Source of the DNA: Octopus bimaculoides
Taxonomy: Eukaryota
NCBI RefSeq assembly: GCF_001194135.2
Contig: NC_068990.1
Location: 53,065,140 to 53,129,139 of the forward strand
Length of the DNA: 64,000 bases
Reading direction: 5' to 3'
The translations under genes and the position numbers were made by a program. The notes beneath the pieces are model-generated. The model worked only from the letters and a program-made list of their open reading frames with translations, did no database searches and had not been told where the DNA came from. Numbering within the stretch: the stretch's first letter is position 1; each line of letters opens with the position of its first letter. Of this stretch, positions 50,690 through 63,794 are shown in pieces.

Positions 50690-52160
50690 CCATGTTGCCA
50701 AACACTGCTCCAGTTCCTGGCTGTACACCTCATCCCCATAGGGAGCTACCTGCATCACTTGTGTCATCACCAAAAAGCAGAAGAGAGGCAGGAGCCATTG
50801 AGAGTGTGGTTGTTTCCATCATCTCTCTTGTGTTTGGCTTGACACAACAGGCCTTGAATGCACTCTCAGGATGGAGATACAGCAGCTACCTACCCTTCTC
50901 AGCTGCACAGTAATGTCCATTCACCACATCTTCAGATGAAACAGCTAGCCTGTCTGATGCCCAACCCTCTGCTGGTCAACATAGTCTGACTTGGAAGGTT
51001 TTGGAAGATTCCTCTGTTACAGTCTCTGATCAGTGGTTCCTGCTCTGGAGAGGGTCGGACTCGAGATGAACTCATCCAAGTCAGAGGTTGTGAATGTCAA
51101 TCATGAGGAAGAGAGCTTCATGGCTTTCATGTTGGATGTGCAATCATTACTTTACCAGGTGCAGGTGACTTTGAAAAAAGATGTCCTTATCTTTGGTTTA
51201 CTGAGCCCTCCCAACTGCCATTTGCTCCACCCTGAGGTCTCTGCTTTGCCAGCTTAAAACTTTGATAAATGGATTGAATGTGATTGATGCCATCCAACAT
51301 TATATATCCTCTGCAGTGCTCCTTGCAACAGCCACGCATCTCTCCTCACAAATCCTGATGCCTGTGTCCAACGGTACTGAAGAGATATGCAATGTTTGGT
51401 TTGACGACTATGGATGGTAAACAGACCACCTTATCCATCAGATATGGCAACCTTGGTCTCTGGTCTTACTGGCCCTGCTGGAACTTGCTTCGTGCCATGT
51501 CCTCATCAACAGAGTTCTCCACAACACAACCGAACCTACTGTGATTAGGGAGTGCAAGGCAACCTACATGACATGGAGCCATTGTAGAAGCTCCATTCTA
51601 GATCCACTGGATTCTTTCTCCTTCCATCCATTGTCATGCCATTATAGTGCTGGCTGCCTTCCATGTCATTCTACTCTCAATGAGATTGTAGAGCATGGCC
51701 TAGATGCTGCAGGCTTCTCTTCTCAACTCAAGCCACTGGGACTAGACTGAGAGGAAGGTAAAAGGCCTGATAGTATATCAGTCTTCCCCATTCCATGGTG
51801 ATAGGCCCCTCATCTGGGATGCCACATGCTGTGATGCCTTCTCCAGTGGCAACTTGGTGTGTTTAGCTATTGACCCAGGCTCTGCTGCTTGACAGGCCAA
51901 GAAAGGCAAACTGTCAAAGTATTAGTCACTCTCTGACAGATTTGTGGTTGAATCTGTGACAGTGGAGACCTCCAGCATTCTTGGCCACTGCACCACATCC
52001 CTGTTCACTACTATTGAGGTGGAAATGGCTGGCCACAAGAGTGTGTCCTGTGAGTCAGAGTGGCTGTTTCTGTGCATCTTGCTTGTTATCCTCCAGGGCA
52101 AAGCCTTATCCATTTTGTCTGCTGGGACCATGAGGCAGACTGACAAACTTTTTTTTTTTA
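50690..52160 (+). mobile_element. CRE-clade-like RLE non-LTR retrotransposon 3' fragment, decayed
   Basis: Frameshifted motifs GLEMNSSKSE, GFSSQLKPLGLD, GKRPD, WDATCCD, VETSSILG, ESEWLF and QGKALSILSAG. Confidence 0.6.
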
Positions 52161-52429
52161 ATTACTTGTTACTTTCAGTTGATATATGACATCATTGTTT
52201 TCTTATACATTTTTATTTTGTTTAGTTTTGTGTAGTTAATGGACTAAACCAATATATATTTCATTACTCTCTGTCTGCTGGAAACATAATAGGTACTGTT
52301 GACCATAACAGGATTTGATCCCAAACATAAAATTACTTTCCTGTTTCTCTACTGTTTTAGTTGTTTATGGTTTCAGGAGAAGAGGGGTGACAGTGACTTT
52401 GAAGTTTTGGCTTCAGAGCCTTTGTCAGA

Positions 52430-52438
52430 CTTTCTCTT

Positions 52439-52480
<42 letters not shown>

Positions 52481-52607
52481 CCCCGTTCTCTCTCTCTTTC
52501 GTTCTCTCTCTCTCCCCTGTTCTCTCTCTCTCTCTCCCCTGTTCTCTCTCTCTCTCTCCCCTGTTCTCTCTCTCTCTCTCCCCTGTTCTCTCTCTCTCTC
52601 TCCCCCC

Positions 52608-52640
<33 letters not shown>
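52430..52640 (+). repeat. Compound (CT)n with CCCCTGTT spacers, then (TA)n(TG)n
   Basis: Direct reading. Confidence 0.9.
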
Positions 52641-52641
<1 letters not shown>

Positions 52642-54304
52642 ATAACAAAAACCAGATTAGGATGAGTATCTCAAGTCATTTAGAGTATTTAATTAGAGTA
52701 TTCACAGAAGTATGGACCAACCTCCATACCCCCTGGAAGATGAGCTGTGAACTTAATTCTCCTGTCAATATTCTTCTATCTTCTGTTTTACTCTTTATTC
52801 CTCTATCTACTATTTTATTCCTTTATAAACTGAATTCCCTGTTTAGAACTTTCATACATACCTGTCTTGTCTTTGATGACAGAATACCCAGTGTATAGAG
52901 ATGTTAACCTATCACTTGAGATATCTCAGATACAGCTGTAAGACATCCAATAATTAATTAATTGATTAACTACTACATATTCACCTCACTCTAATTAAAT
53001 ACTCTAAATGACTTGAGATACTCATCCTGCCTTAGCTTTTGTTGTCCTTTTTCCTCAAATATATACCAGTGATCTAAACCCCTCATATTCTATATATATA
53101 TATATATATATATATNNNNNNNNNNNNNNNNNNNNNNNNNNNNNNNNNNNNNNNNNNNNNNNNNNNNNNNNNNNNNNNNNNNNNNNNNNNNNNNNNNNNN
53201 NNNNNNNNNNNNNNNNNNNNNNNNNNNNNNNNNNNNNNNNNNNNNNNNNNNNNNNNNNNNNNNNNNNNNNNNNNNNNNNNNNNNNNNNNNNNNNNNNNNN
53301 NNNNNNNNNNNNNNNNNNNNNNNNNNNNNNNNNNNNNNNNNNNNNNNNNNNNNNNNNNNNNNNNNNNNNNNNNNNNNNNNNNNNNNNNNNNNNNNNNNNN
53401 NNNNNNNNNNNNNNNNNNNNNNNNNNNNNNNNNNNNNNNNNNNNNNNNNNNNNNNNNNNNNNNNNNNNNNNNNNNNNNNNNNNNNNNNNNNNNNNNNNNN
53501 NNNNNNNNNNNNNNNNNNNNNNNNNNNNNNNNNNNNNNNNNNNNNNNNNNCCCGTCTGTATAAAAGAAACCTTTCTGCACAATATCAAATATGAAGCATT
53601 TAAAAGGACACCCCATCCCCCCATCTGCCCAAAATTAATCTTATACTAAGTTGATAAGATATTGTAAATAGAAACTTATGTCTTTCTGTCTCTCTTACTG
53701 TCTCACCTTGACTAATGTTGCTGTCTATCATCTCTGTCTGTCTCTGTTGATGCATGTCTGTCTGTCTATCTTCTCTTTCTCTCTCCTATATAATATAATA
53801 ATAACTGCTTGTTTTGTTCACTGCTCTGGAATTCTGTAGGTGTAAGATCTCTACTAGTAATGATGATGATGATGTTGTAAGCTTTCACTCTGCATGTTTA
53901 TAACATCAAGCTGAGACCTGCTACTTTACACCTTCGATTAGCTTTATTAGTTTCATGTTGTTATTACTTAACAGAGCAGCAGGAAGAGGAGAGGGGGGAT
54001 ATCTTTTTGTTCCTTTCTGTCATGTTATTTCTTTTTTGTTTTTGTTTCAATCAAATCTGACAGTTTCTTCCCCCACACTAAGATAGAAAGAGATATAAAA
54101 TGACAAAGCAAAATGCCACACACACACACACACACACACACACCCATACAATATGTGATATATCAGTAACTTTTGGTCACATGTTTTTGAAGTCTTTTCC
54201 TTGCAATCCCTTGCTATTATATTGTTACATTTTTAATGTTCATATGTGTTAGAGTATGTATGCACATGTACATGTGTATGTATGTAAATACTTGAGTGTG
54301 TGTG

Positions 54305-55682
54305 TACATTAGTTAGATAAAATAATGGAAATACCACTTTATATTTGACATCTTTCTGTGTGAAATGGAACTGACAAAACTCAAAACTATTCTGGTCTGT
54401 ATATAGGTGTACACATGCATTATGTGTGACTTGTATTTTATGATATAGCTCTCTGTAATTTTGTTTTTGCAGATATATTTAAATAAGTTAAATCTGCATG
54501 GCCTGTCTGATTTCCAATGAGTACAAATTGTTGGGGTGCAGATGGCTAGAGCTTCAGTCACTAAAACTTAGAGGGATTGCAGAATAGTGAAATGTATTGT
54601 CTAAAAGCCATTAAACTATGGCAGTAAAAGTGACTGCAGAGCTCAACCATCAACCTGCCAACCCAGTTTCAACCAAAACTCTTCATTGTGAGCTCCATAA
54701 AGCTGGATACTATGGGAGGGCTGTAATTGCTTAACCTCTCTTTTCCCCTTTCATCGTTGATGATCAGAGAAATATGATGTTTAGATTATCAGAACTGGTT
54801 AATGTCCTAATGAAAAAGTGTCATCTCTGATGAGTCATCATCCACTCTTTACTCCCATTTCAGAGTTTGTTTTGACACAACCCAAAGAGGCCTTCGATCC
54901 TGATTGTTTGGCGCCTATCATGAAGCATGAATGTGGCTCTATGGGGATTTGGGTCACCATCATGGAGTTCTTTTAATCCCTTTACTTGTTTTACATGGCA
55001 AAGGTAATGTCATGGATTATCTGAGTACTTTGGCTGATTATGTACTTCCTGAGGTACAAAAAATTGTTCCCAGATGGTGATGAAATTTTCCAGGATGATA
55101 ATCTACTGATTCACAAGGCTTATGTTATTCAAAATTGTTAAGAAGAAAACAAAAGTGAAGTAAACCATCTTGATTAGTCACCTTCAATCACTGGATTTTG
55201 ATGTAATTTTTTCTACTCTAGGCACAAGGCCTGAAATTTTAGGGGTGGGGCCTAGTCAATTGCATTGACCCTAGCTTTTGACTAGTCCTTATTTTATTGA
55301 CCATGAACAGATAAAAGACTAAGTTGACCTCAGAAGAATTCAAATTCAGAATGTAAAGCTGGAAGAAATGTGGCTAAGCATTTTATCCAGCATCCTAATG
55401 ATTCTGCTAGTTTGCTGCCTTAAGGGACTCAATACAGTGAAACAATTGTGGTACATTTTGGAGTAACAAGTAAGGAGCTCCTTCACTCTGCCATTGTTGC
55501 CAAAAGAATTAAAGCGACATTTACTTGAAGAAGGGTTCAGAATTCCCCTAACAGCTGTTTGGAACCTGTACAAGTCAATTCCTTGCTGTATTAAAGCTGT
55601 GACTCATGCCAAAGGTAGACCAATTCTGTATTCAATAATAACACTTTCATTTAACAGTGTGTTTCCATTATATTGTCCAACT

Positions 55683-55686
<4 letters not shown>
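54305..55686 (+). mobile_element. Tc1-like DNA transposon, decayed, with a SINE family A insertion (minus strand, about 55205-55415)
   Basis: TIRs CATTAGTTAGATAAAATAATGGAAATAC and GTGTTTCCATTATATTGTCCAACTCCTG. Peptides VTAELN..PVSTKTL, SDES, FQDDN, LKRHLLEEGFRIP. Confidence 0.82.
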
Positions 55687-55750
<64 letters not shown>

Positions 55751-56384
55751 TGCGCATGCATGTGTATGTGTTTGTACACAGAAATGAATATGTGCATCTT
55801 CTAAATGTGTGTATTTGTATATTTATATCTATGTCAGTGAGTATGAATGTGTGTATGTGATATGCACATGTATGTATATACTTTTTATGTGATGTAGGTG
55901 TGATATGTGTAAGATGTGTTTTATGTGATATGTGTAAGATGTATTTTTGATGTGACTTGTAAGTGTGTACGTGCTCTAGTTCTTCATTCTCACTATATAG
56001 GTAAGAGTGTGTGTGTGTGTGTGTGTGTGTGTGCATATACATGTGTGTGTGTGGAAACATATCTGTATATATATATGTATACATGTGTGTGTGTATATGT
56101 ATGCATATGCTCACATTTTTGCAGTTGCTTGTATGCATGAGTGTACTCGTGCCATGCAGCTTGCCCGAGGGCGTTTATACATCCGTATCTGTTAACAGTT
56201 ATTTTCAATACTTTTCTTGCTGGATCTTGTGTTCATTTCTCTTTTTGTTATCTCCAATTTTATTTTTGATCTTCTATATAAATGAGGGTATTTCCTTTGT
56301 CTGGCTGTTTTTCTCTCTACAAAACAGAAAGTTACATTGCGAAACAGTCATTTCAGTGAGTAGTATTTATTAATCACCCAATGA

Positions 56385-57320
56385 GACACATCTGCACCAT
56401 CGGATGCTCCTGAACCAGTTGTTGAGTGTCCCTTTGGAAATATGCTGTGCATGAGAGGACCCGGCAAACCAAGTGAGACCAAAATCCAAGGCCTCTGCCA
56501 TGGATGTAGCCAGCCCACTTATGTGTACCATTACTTCTGCTTGCGAAGACCTGTTGAGGTAAGTGAAATCGAAATCAAAATCGAACTAAATTCGACGACT
56601 GGCCCCCATGCCAACGTCTCCTTCATTAGACACTAAACTCGGCTTGCAAAGACCTGTTGGGGCAAGCGAAAGCGAAATCATGATGGCACCTGTACCAGTG
56701 GAGTGCTAAGAGCACCGTTCGAGCGTGATCGTTACCAGCGTCTCCTTCCTGGCATGTGAAAAGTCGATCGAGCGAGATCGTTGCCAGTGCTGCTGGACTG
56801 TGCAGGTGGCACGTAAAATACACCATTTTGAGTGTGGCCGTTGCCANNNNNNNNNNNNNNNNNNNNNNNNNNNNNNNNNNNNNNNNNNNNNNNNNNNNNN
56901 NNNNNNNNNNNNNNNNNNNNNNNNNNNNNNNNNNNNNNNNNNNNNNNNNNNNNNNNNNNNNNNNNNNNNNNNNNNNNNNNNNNNNNNNNNNNNNNNNNNN
57001 NNNNNNNNNNNNNNNNNNNNNNNNNNNNNNNNNNNNNNNNNNNNNNNNNNNNNNNNNNNNNNNNNNNNNNNNNNNNNNNNNNNNNNNNNNNNNNNNNNNN
57101 NNNNNNNNNNNNNNNNNNNNNNNNNNNNNNNNNNNNNNNNNNNNNNNNNNNNNNNNNNNNNNNNNNNNNNNNNNNNNNNNNNNNNNNNNNNNNNNNNNNN
57201 NNNNNNNNNNNNNNNNNNNNNNNNNNNNNNNNNNNNNNNNNNNNNNNNNNNNNNNNNNNNNNNNNNNNNNNNNNNNNNNNNNNNNNNNNNNNNNNNNGCT
57301 TTTACGTGCCACCAGCACAG
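56385..57320 (+). mobile_element. RTE LINE 3' end with tandem-unit UTR spanning an assembly gap
   Basis: GTGCAGGTGGCACGTAAAATACACC units on both sides of the N run. Confidence 0.7.
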
Positions 57321-57486
57321 ACATTGTATATATATATTATATAGATATATAATATAGATATGTATATATATTATTCATACATATATTATATATATATATG
57401 TATATATTATATATCTATATATTATATATAAATATATATTATATATAAATATATATTACATATATATTATATATATATGTATATTA

Positions 57487-57970
57487 TCTATATATATAAA
57501 GATGAGAATGTGTCTGTGAGTCTGTCTGTGTGAATCCCTAAAACTTGAAAACTAATATATATATGCTTTATATATATATATATATATATATGCTTACAAA
57601 CACATTCCCAACTTATAAGTCACTTCAAAAAGTGCTCGATTCAATAACACCGTTTACAAACTCTATGCTTGGAATGAGCAATTTTAAATACTTTTGGAAC
57701 TTTCACACAAGGTACAGGTATCTTATATGTATACCATTCTGCCTAAATTTTGGAACTGCAGATACAATATCCCTGCATATCTCACGTCTGTTTTCATTAC
57801 TCCATGTCGCTCTCTATTTCACATCTTATCTAGAGTAACTATTACTTAACCATTTCCTCACATCGTCTCCGATGTAGGGATATATAAAATATCCCGGAAA
57901 CAGCTGTAAGACCTTCTCTTTATAAATGTTCTGAAATCTTTCACAGCCTTGGATTTTTATCTCATTAGTT
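57487..57970 (+). mobile_element. Helitron-like 5' segment
   Basis: A|TCTATATATATAAAG..TGTCTGT start, similar to 62264. No 3' end seen. Confidence 0.4.
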
Positions 57971-57974
57971 TTTG

Positions 57975-59605
57975 TGTGTGGCAGATGCACAGGGGTAGTA
58001 AACACTGAAGATGAACAGAAAACAGATTCCCTCTCATGCCAGGGAGTAAAACTAGAAGTAGTTAATAGCTTCTACTACCTAGGCGACGAAGTCTTTAGTG
58101 GGGGTTGTTTCTCTGAGAGTGTAGAGGCTAGAATAAGAATAGCCTGGGCAAAGTTCAGGGTGCTCTTACCTCTGCTGGCAACTAAGGGCCTCTTGCTCAG
58201 GATGAAATGTAGGCTGTATGATTCTTGTGCAGAAACTGCCATGCTACACGGCAGTGAAACATGGGCCATGACTGTTGAGGACATGCGTAGGCTTGAAAGA
58301 AATGAAGCAAGTATGATCCGCCGGATGTGTAATGTCAGTGTGCATGCATGACAGAGTGTAATTGCCCTGAGAGAAAAGTTGGACATAAGAAGCATCAAAT
58401 ATGGTATGCAAGAGAGATGACTGCGCTGCTATGGTCATGTGTTATGCATGGATGAGGACAGCTGTGTGAGGAAGTGCCAGTCCCTAACTGTGGAAGGAAC
58501 CCAGGAAGAGATGGTGAAGTATGACCTTCGAACATTCGGCTTCACAGAGGCAATGACAGGAGACAGAGACCTTTGGAGATATACTGTGAGAAGACCCAGC
58601 AATTAAAATGCAATCGCAGCCATGGCCGATGCCAGTGTTGCATATCCGGCCCATTTAAGAGTACCCTTGATGTGTTGGGTGATATGATATGCTTGAGAAG
58701 ACCTGTTAAGTCAAGTAAAACCCAAATTGGAGCTGTGGCCAGTGTCCCCTGACTGGCTCCCATTCTGGTGGCACGTAAAATGCATCATCTGAATGTAATC
58801 AATGCCAGTGTTCCCTGACTGGCTCCTGTGTCGGTGGCACATAAAAAACACCGTCCAAATGTAGTCAATGCCAGGTCTGCCTGACTGGCATCCGTGCCAG
58901 CAGCACGTAAAAAACACACCTGAACTTAGCCAATGCTAGTACCCCCTGACTGGCTTCCGTGCCGGTGGCATGTAAAAGTCACTTTCCAAACATGATCAAT
59001 GCCAGGATCTACTGACTGGCCCAGTGCCGGTGGCACGTAAAAAGCAACATCCGGACATCACCAATATCATTCCTCCCTGACTGGCCCCCATGCCGGTGGC
59101 ACGTGAAAAGCCGTAGCGAAATGTGATCGATGCTAGTCTCGCTTGACTGGCATCCGTGCCAGCAGCACGTAAAAAACACCACCTGAACTTAGCCAATGCT
59201 AGTACCCCCTGACTGGCTTCCGTGCCGGTGGCATGTAAAAGTCACTTTCCAAACGTGATCAATGCCAGGATCTACTGACTGGCCCAGTGCCGGTAGCACA
59301 TAAAAAGCACCATCCGAACATCACCAATATCATTCCTCTCTGACTGGCTCCCATGCCGGTGGCACGTGAAAAGCCGTAGCGAAATGTGATCGATGCCAGT
59401 CTCGCTTGACTGGCTCCTGTGCCAGTAGTACGTAAAAAGCACCCACTACACTCTTGGAGAGGTTGGAATTAGGAAGGGCATCCAGCTGTAGAAACATTGC
59501 AAGATCAGATTGGAGCCTGGTGCATCTGCTAGCTCTCCAGACCTCAGTCAAACTGTCCAACCCGTGCCAGCATGGAAAACGGACATTAAACAATGATGAT
59601 GATAT
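57975..59605 (+). mobile_element. RTE-clade LINE, 5'-truncated: ORF2 C-terminus and a long structured 3' UTR
   Basis: Peptide LEVVNSFYYLGD..EARIRIAWAKFR.LLPLL..MLHGSETW..RRLERNEASMIRRMC. Ends GGACATTAAACAATGATGATGAT. Confidence 0.9.
58735..59445 (+). repeat. Eleven roughly 65-bp tandem units with a 262-bp higher-order duplication
   Basis: Repeated TGACTGGC..GTGCCGGTGGCACGTAAAAA. Confidence 0.9.
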
Positions 59606-59606
59606 G

Positions 59607-59639
<33 letters not shown>

Positions 59640-59907
59640 ATGTACGTATATGTGTGTATATGTGTGTATGCATATATATATATATATTATTTATATTAGT
59701 ATTTAATTGAATGCTGCGCATCCATTTCCAAGTAAGTTTATATATATATATATATATATATATTGTTGGGGTAGGTGAACATGTTGTAAATTGTTCCTCA
59801 ACTAGCAGAAGTAATGCTACTCGTTGTAACTTAAGCACAAGTTAGATATGTTCTGAGAGTAATTTACTGTGTGAATGTGTGCATGTTTGTACATGTCCCA
59901 CTCTTTC

Positions 59908-59939
<32 letters not shown>

Positions 59940-60118
59940 ACTCTGATAGACACATGCACTCACCCACACAGCTACACTTTATCCCAACCCCTCTCTCTTC
60001 CTTCACTCCTTCATGCTGCAGGTTTACTGGCTTGAAACATCTAGGCCACATTTGACGTCATATTTATTGATGTAACACATGCAGAAAACTTTCAACAAGA
60101 GAGAAACCCTGCACATGC

Positions 60119-60271
<153 letters not shown>

Positions 60272-62263
60272 CTGTATCTTTTCTTTTTTGTTTATCATCT
60301 TTGTTCTGATTTATTTTCATAAACTGGCAGATTTTATGTCTTGATCTGTGTGTATTTCAAAGTGGTGTCACATTATTACTGCCATCCAATTCATGAAATC
60401 AGTAAAAGTGTGTGTGTGTATCCTCACACACACATATAGAAAGATTGGGAGAGAGAGAGAGAGAGAAATAGAGGTAGATATTTCCTTTCCATTCAAAAAG
60501 TGGTCTTCTAGTATATTTTTCTTGTCCAACTATCTGCTCTATGCCAGCCACCATGGATAGCAAATAGCAAATATGAAAATGATGATGATGTATCATCCTG
60601 GTTGTGTAGGGATGTTATTGGGGCTGATCAACCCTCTCTCCTCTCTAACACTCACTCGCTTTCCTCCTCTAACTTTGCCATATCACCTCTCTTATGAGGG
60701 CCATGGTACTACTATCTGTACTTAATGCACCAACATTCAGCCTTCTATACTGCCTCACCACCACCACCACCACCACTGTTGTTGTCATCCTCCCCCCTCC
60801 CCCTTACATCCATTACCCTTATTCTTTTTTTTACCATCACTTATTGCTTCCACTCTGCTCCTCATTATCATTCTGTGTGCTATTCACTCTCTTTGTTATG
60901 TTGAGTGAATGGACAGCGTTTATAAGTATGGAAGCCAACTTCGCCATAAAATGCACTTAATGTACTGTGTAAAGGGGTCAGTGATTGACCCTTGTCAGTA
61001 AGAGGGTTGACTGGAGCCATGACAGTGTTGTCAACAATATGATAACCTCTCTAGTGTGTCACAATATAATCTATTCAGTAGGAGACTCTGAAAAGTGTTT
61101 GGTTTTAGGAAGGGTATCTAGTAGTAGAAAGCATGTCAGAAATGAAACATGAATGGGGAGGGGTCCATCAGCCAGTCTAGGAGGATTTTGTCTCTGAATA
61201 AGAACTGTCTGGTGTTTTAGTATGCATATGTGTGTTTTTGATTTTTGCTGGTGTATTCGTGCGTATGTATGTGTGTAGATAGAATGGTATATATTCCTGT
61301 AGTATGTATTTGCTTTGCAAAATTCTTGTGTGAAATAGTGTGTTGAAACAAATGGTTTTCATCTTGGGAGGGTCATAGTGCCAATAAAAGTGTATGCACT
61401 GGTTATGTTTCACTTCTTATTAATACTCAACTAGTTATCTAAGTCATCCGATTAACTAATTATCTAATTGATTGCTTAACTAACCTTTTGATCAACCCAT
61501 AAGTTTATCAAAGACCTTCTGTCACCATCTACAGCATCATTACTAATGTATATCAGATTTGGATACAGCTTTTGTCATAATCTATCCCAACTGGATATGC
61601 CATATTTTGTTTCTATTCTTATATTTTTTGGTGTGTGTGTGTGAGTGAGTGAGTGAGTATTTTTGTTGTGGAGGATACATATGTGTGATTTGTTTGTGTC
61701 AGATTTTTCGTGTTACTTGGTTAGTGTCTCTGTGTAGATTGTGTGGGTGTGTGTGTGGGTTTGTGAGTATGTATGTGCACCAGTGCATCTGCATGTTATT
61801 TATTCCTGGTGTATTTAGGTATGTCATAGTTTGGTGCTAGTAAGGTGTGCTTCCATTCTTTTCTCTCTCAGGCACCTATACTTATAACAGGGATGCACCT
61901 AATATGTCTACACACACACATACACAATCTTTCTCTCCCTCACTCACTCACTCACTCACCCCTGCTTATTCTTAAAAGTAGGAATACCAAAACTAAACCC
62001 TGCCATTCTCATTTAGATACATCATGGCAGACCTAGAGTAATAAGGGTGTCATTAAGTAGTGAAAGGGGACCAAATTAATCTGATAAACTAAATGATATA
62101 TTGATCAAATGTTTGGTCAGGTAATCACTTAGTCAATTGGTTAATTAATCAGCTAGGTAACTGATACTAATTTTAAAGAACTAAAATGGATAAACTAATA
62201 TGTTGATAATTCTGTTTACTATTAGTGGTAGTGTTAATATTAACAAATGTCACACAGTTATAA

Positions 62264-63794
62264 TCTCTCTCTATATATAAAATTCTTTGTCTGTCTGTCT
62301 CTCCCCTATGCATTCTCAAATGGCTTGACCAAATCAAATCAAATTTTATAAGGCAATAGTTTTAGACCCTGTGAGTGTCAGCATGTAGTTTTTATTTTCA
62401 TTTGGATTAAAACAATATAACATTTTATCTAATCTTTCTACAGTCAACTATAGTAAAGGACATTTTATAGCACGACGACAATGATGGCACATTTTGTATA
62501 TGAGTTTGTGTGTTTGTGTGTTCGTTATGTACGACATAGTAACAAACATTTTATACCATGATGATGACATATTTTGTATATGAGTGTGTATGTGTCTGTC
62601 AGTGTGTTTGTGTGTGTGTGTTTGCCTGTTCAATACATACGAGATAGTAAAGGACATTTTATACCACAATGACATTTTATACCACATTTTGTATATGAGT
62701 GTGTTTGTGTGTCTGAGTGTGTTTGCACGTTCATTATGTATGACATAGTAAAAAATATTTTAAACCACCACCACCACGATGACACATTTTGTATATGAGT
62801 ATGTATGTGTCTGTGAGTGTGTGTGTTTGCAGGTTTGTTATGTACGAGATAGTAAAGAACATTTTACACCATGATAATGCATTTTGTATATGAGTGTGTA
62901 TATATCTGTAAGTGTGTGTGTTTGCATGTTTTTTATGTAAATGTATGTCTCTGTGTGTCTGTCCTAGTATATGTATGTGTGTGTCAGTGTGTGTGTGTGT
63001 GATTGTCAATTACACTGATGTAAACTGGCTATGTGAAAGACCTATACTGACTCCAACTAATGAAATGAGTGATAAACTCAATCATAAACTTCAAAAGTTA
63101 ACAGATACATCAGAAATGACTTTTCCACCAGTTCACACAACAGTCAATCAAGATCAGGCTGTTCAATATTCTGTTCACTTTCTGAACACACTTAAACCCA
63201 CAAGGATGCCACCACATAACTTGACACCAAAGCTGGATGCTCCCATTATGTTGCTTAGGAATCTTGACCCACCTCGCCTGTGTAATGGAACTTGCTTAAT
63301 TGTTAGTTCCATGAAGCCCCATGTCCTACAGGCAACAATCATAACAGGTAATCACAAAGAAGATGATGTCTTTTTGCAAAATTTCCTCTTATATCTACAA
63401 TTGTTCCTTTTAAATTTAAGATGCTTCAGTTTCCAGTCAAACTAATTTTTGGTATTTCAGTTAACAAATCTCAAGGTAGTTGGACTTTGTCTCTCAACTA
63501 TATACTTTTCCCATGGCCAACTCTATGTTGGTTGCTCACAAGTTGGAAGCAGCAACAATTTATTTATTTGGACACCAGCAAAAAATTACTCAATCAATAC
63601 TGATAACCCTGAGGTGCTTCAAGATTGATAGATTTTCAATTCTAAATTCTATCATCATTACAATTTGGATATTTTTTAATAAAATATACATATTTTGAAA
63701 TAATTATGAGAAAAAAAAAATATCTTCATATATATTGTTTGCTAATCTGAATAAGAACAGCAGTAATCTAGGCAACGCTGGGTAATTCAGCTAA
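62264..63794 (+). mobile_element. Non-autonomous Helitron with a helicase remnant (about 63030-63600) and internal tandem repeats
   Basis: A|TC start. Peptides PPHNLTPKLDAPIMLLRNLDPPRLCNGT and FPVKLIFGISVNKSQG. 3' hairpin CTAGGCAACGCTGGG then CTAA|T. Confidence 0.85.

Noticed and set aside
54827-54833. CTGATGA hammerhead core
   Set aside because: It encodes the SDES motif of the Tc1 transposase, and there is no downstream GAAA/stem set.
58735-59445. CRISPR-like repeat/spacer array, or pistol/twister ribozyme array
   Set aside because: It is a eukaryotic LINE UTR with no cas genes and mutually related linkers. CGUG..CACG-UAAA resembles pistol P1 and GCCGGU resembles twister, but the remaining required helices and catalytic residues are absent.
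60965-61070. Short nested inverted repeats
   Set aside because: Short, imperfect and single-copy here, with no recognisable TIR/TSD or RNA motif.
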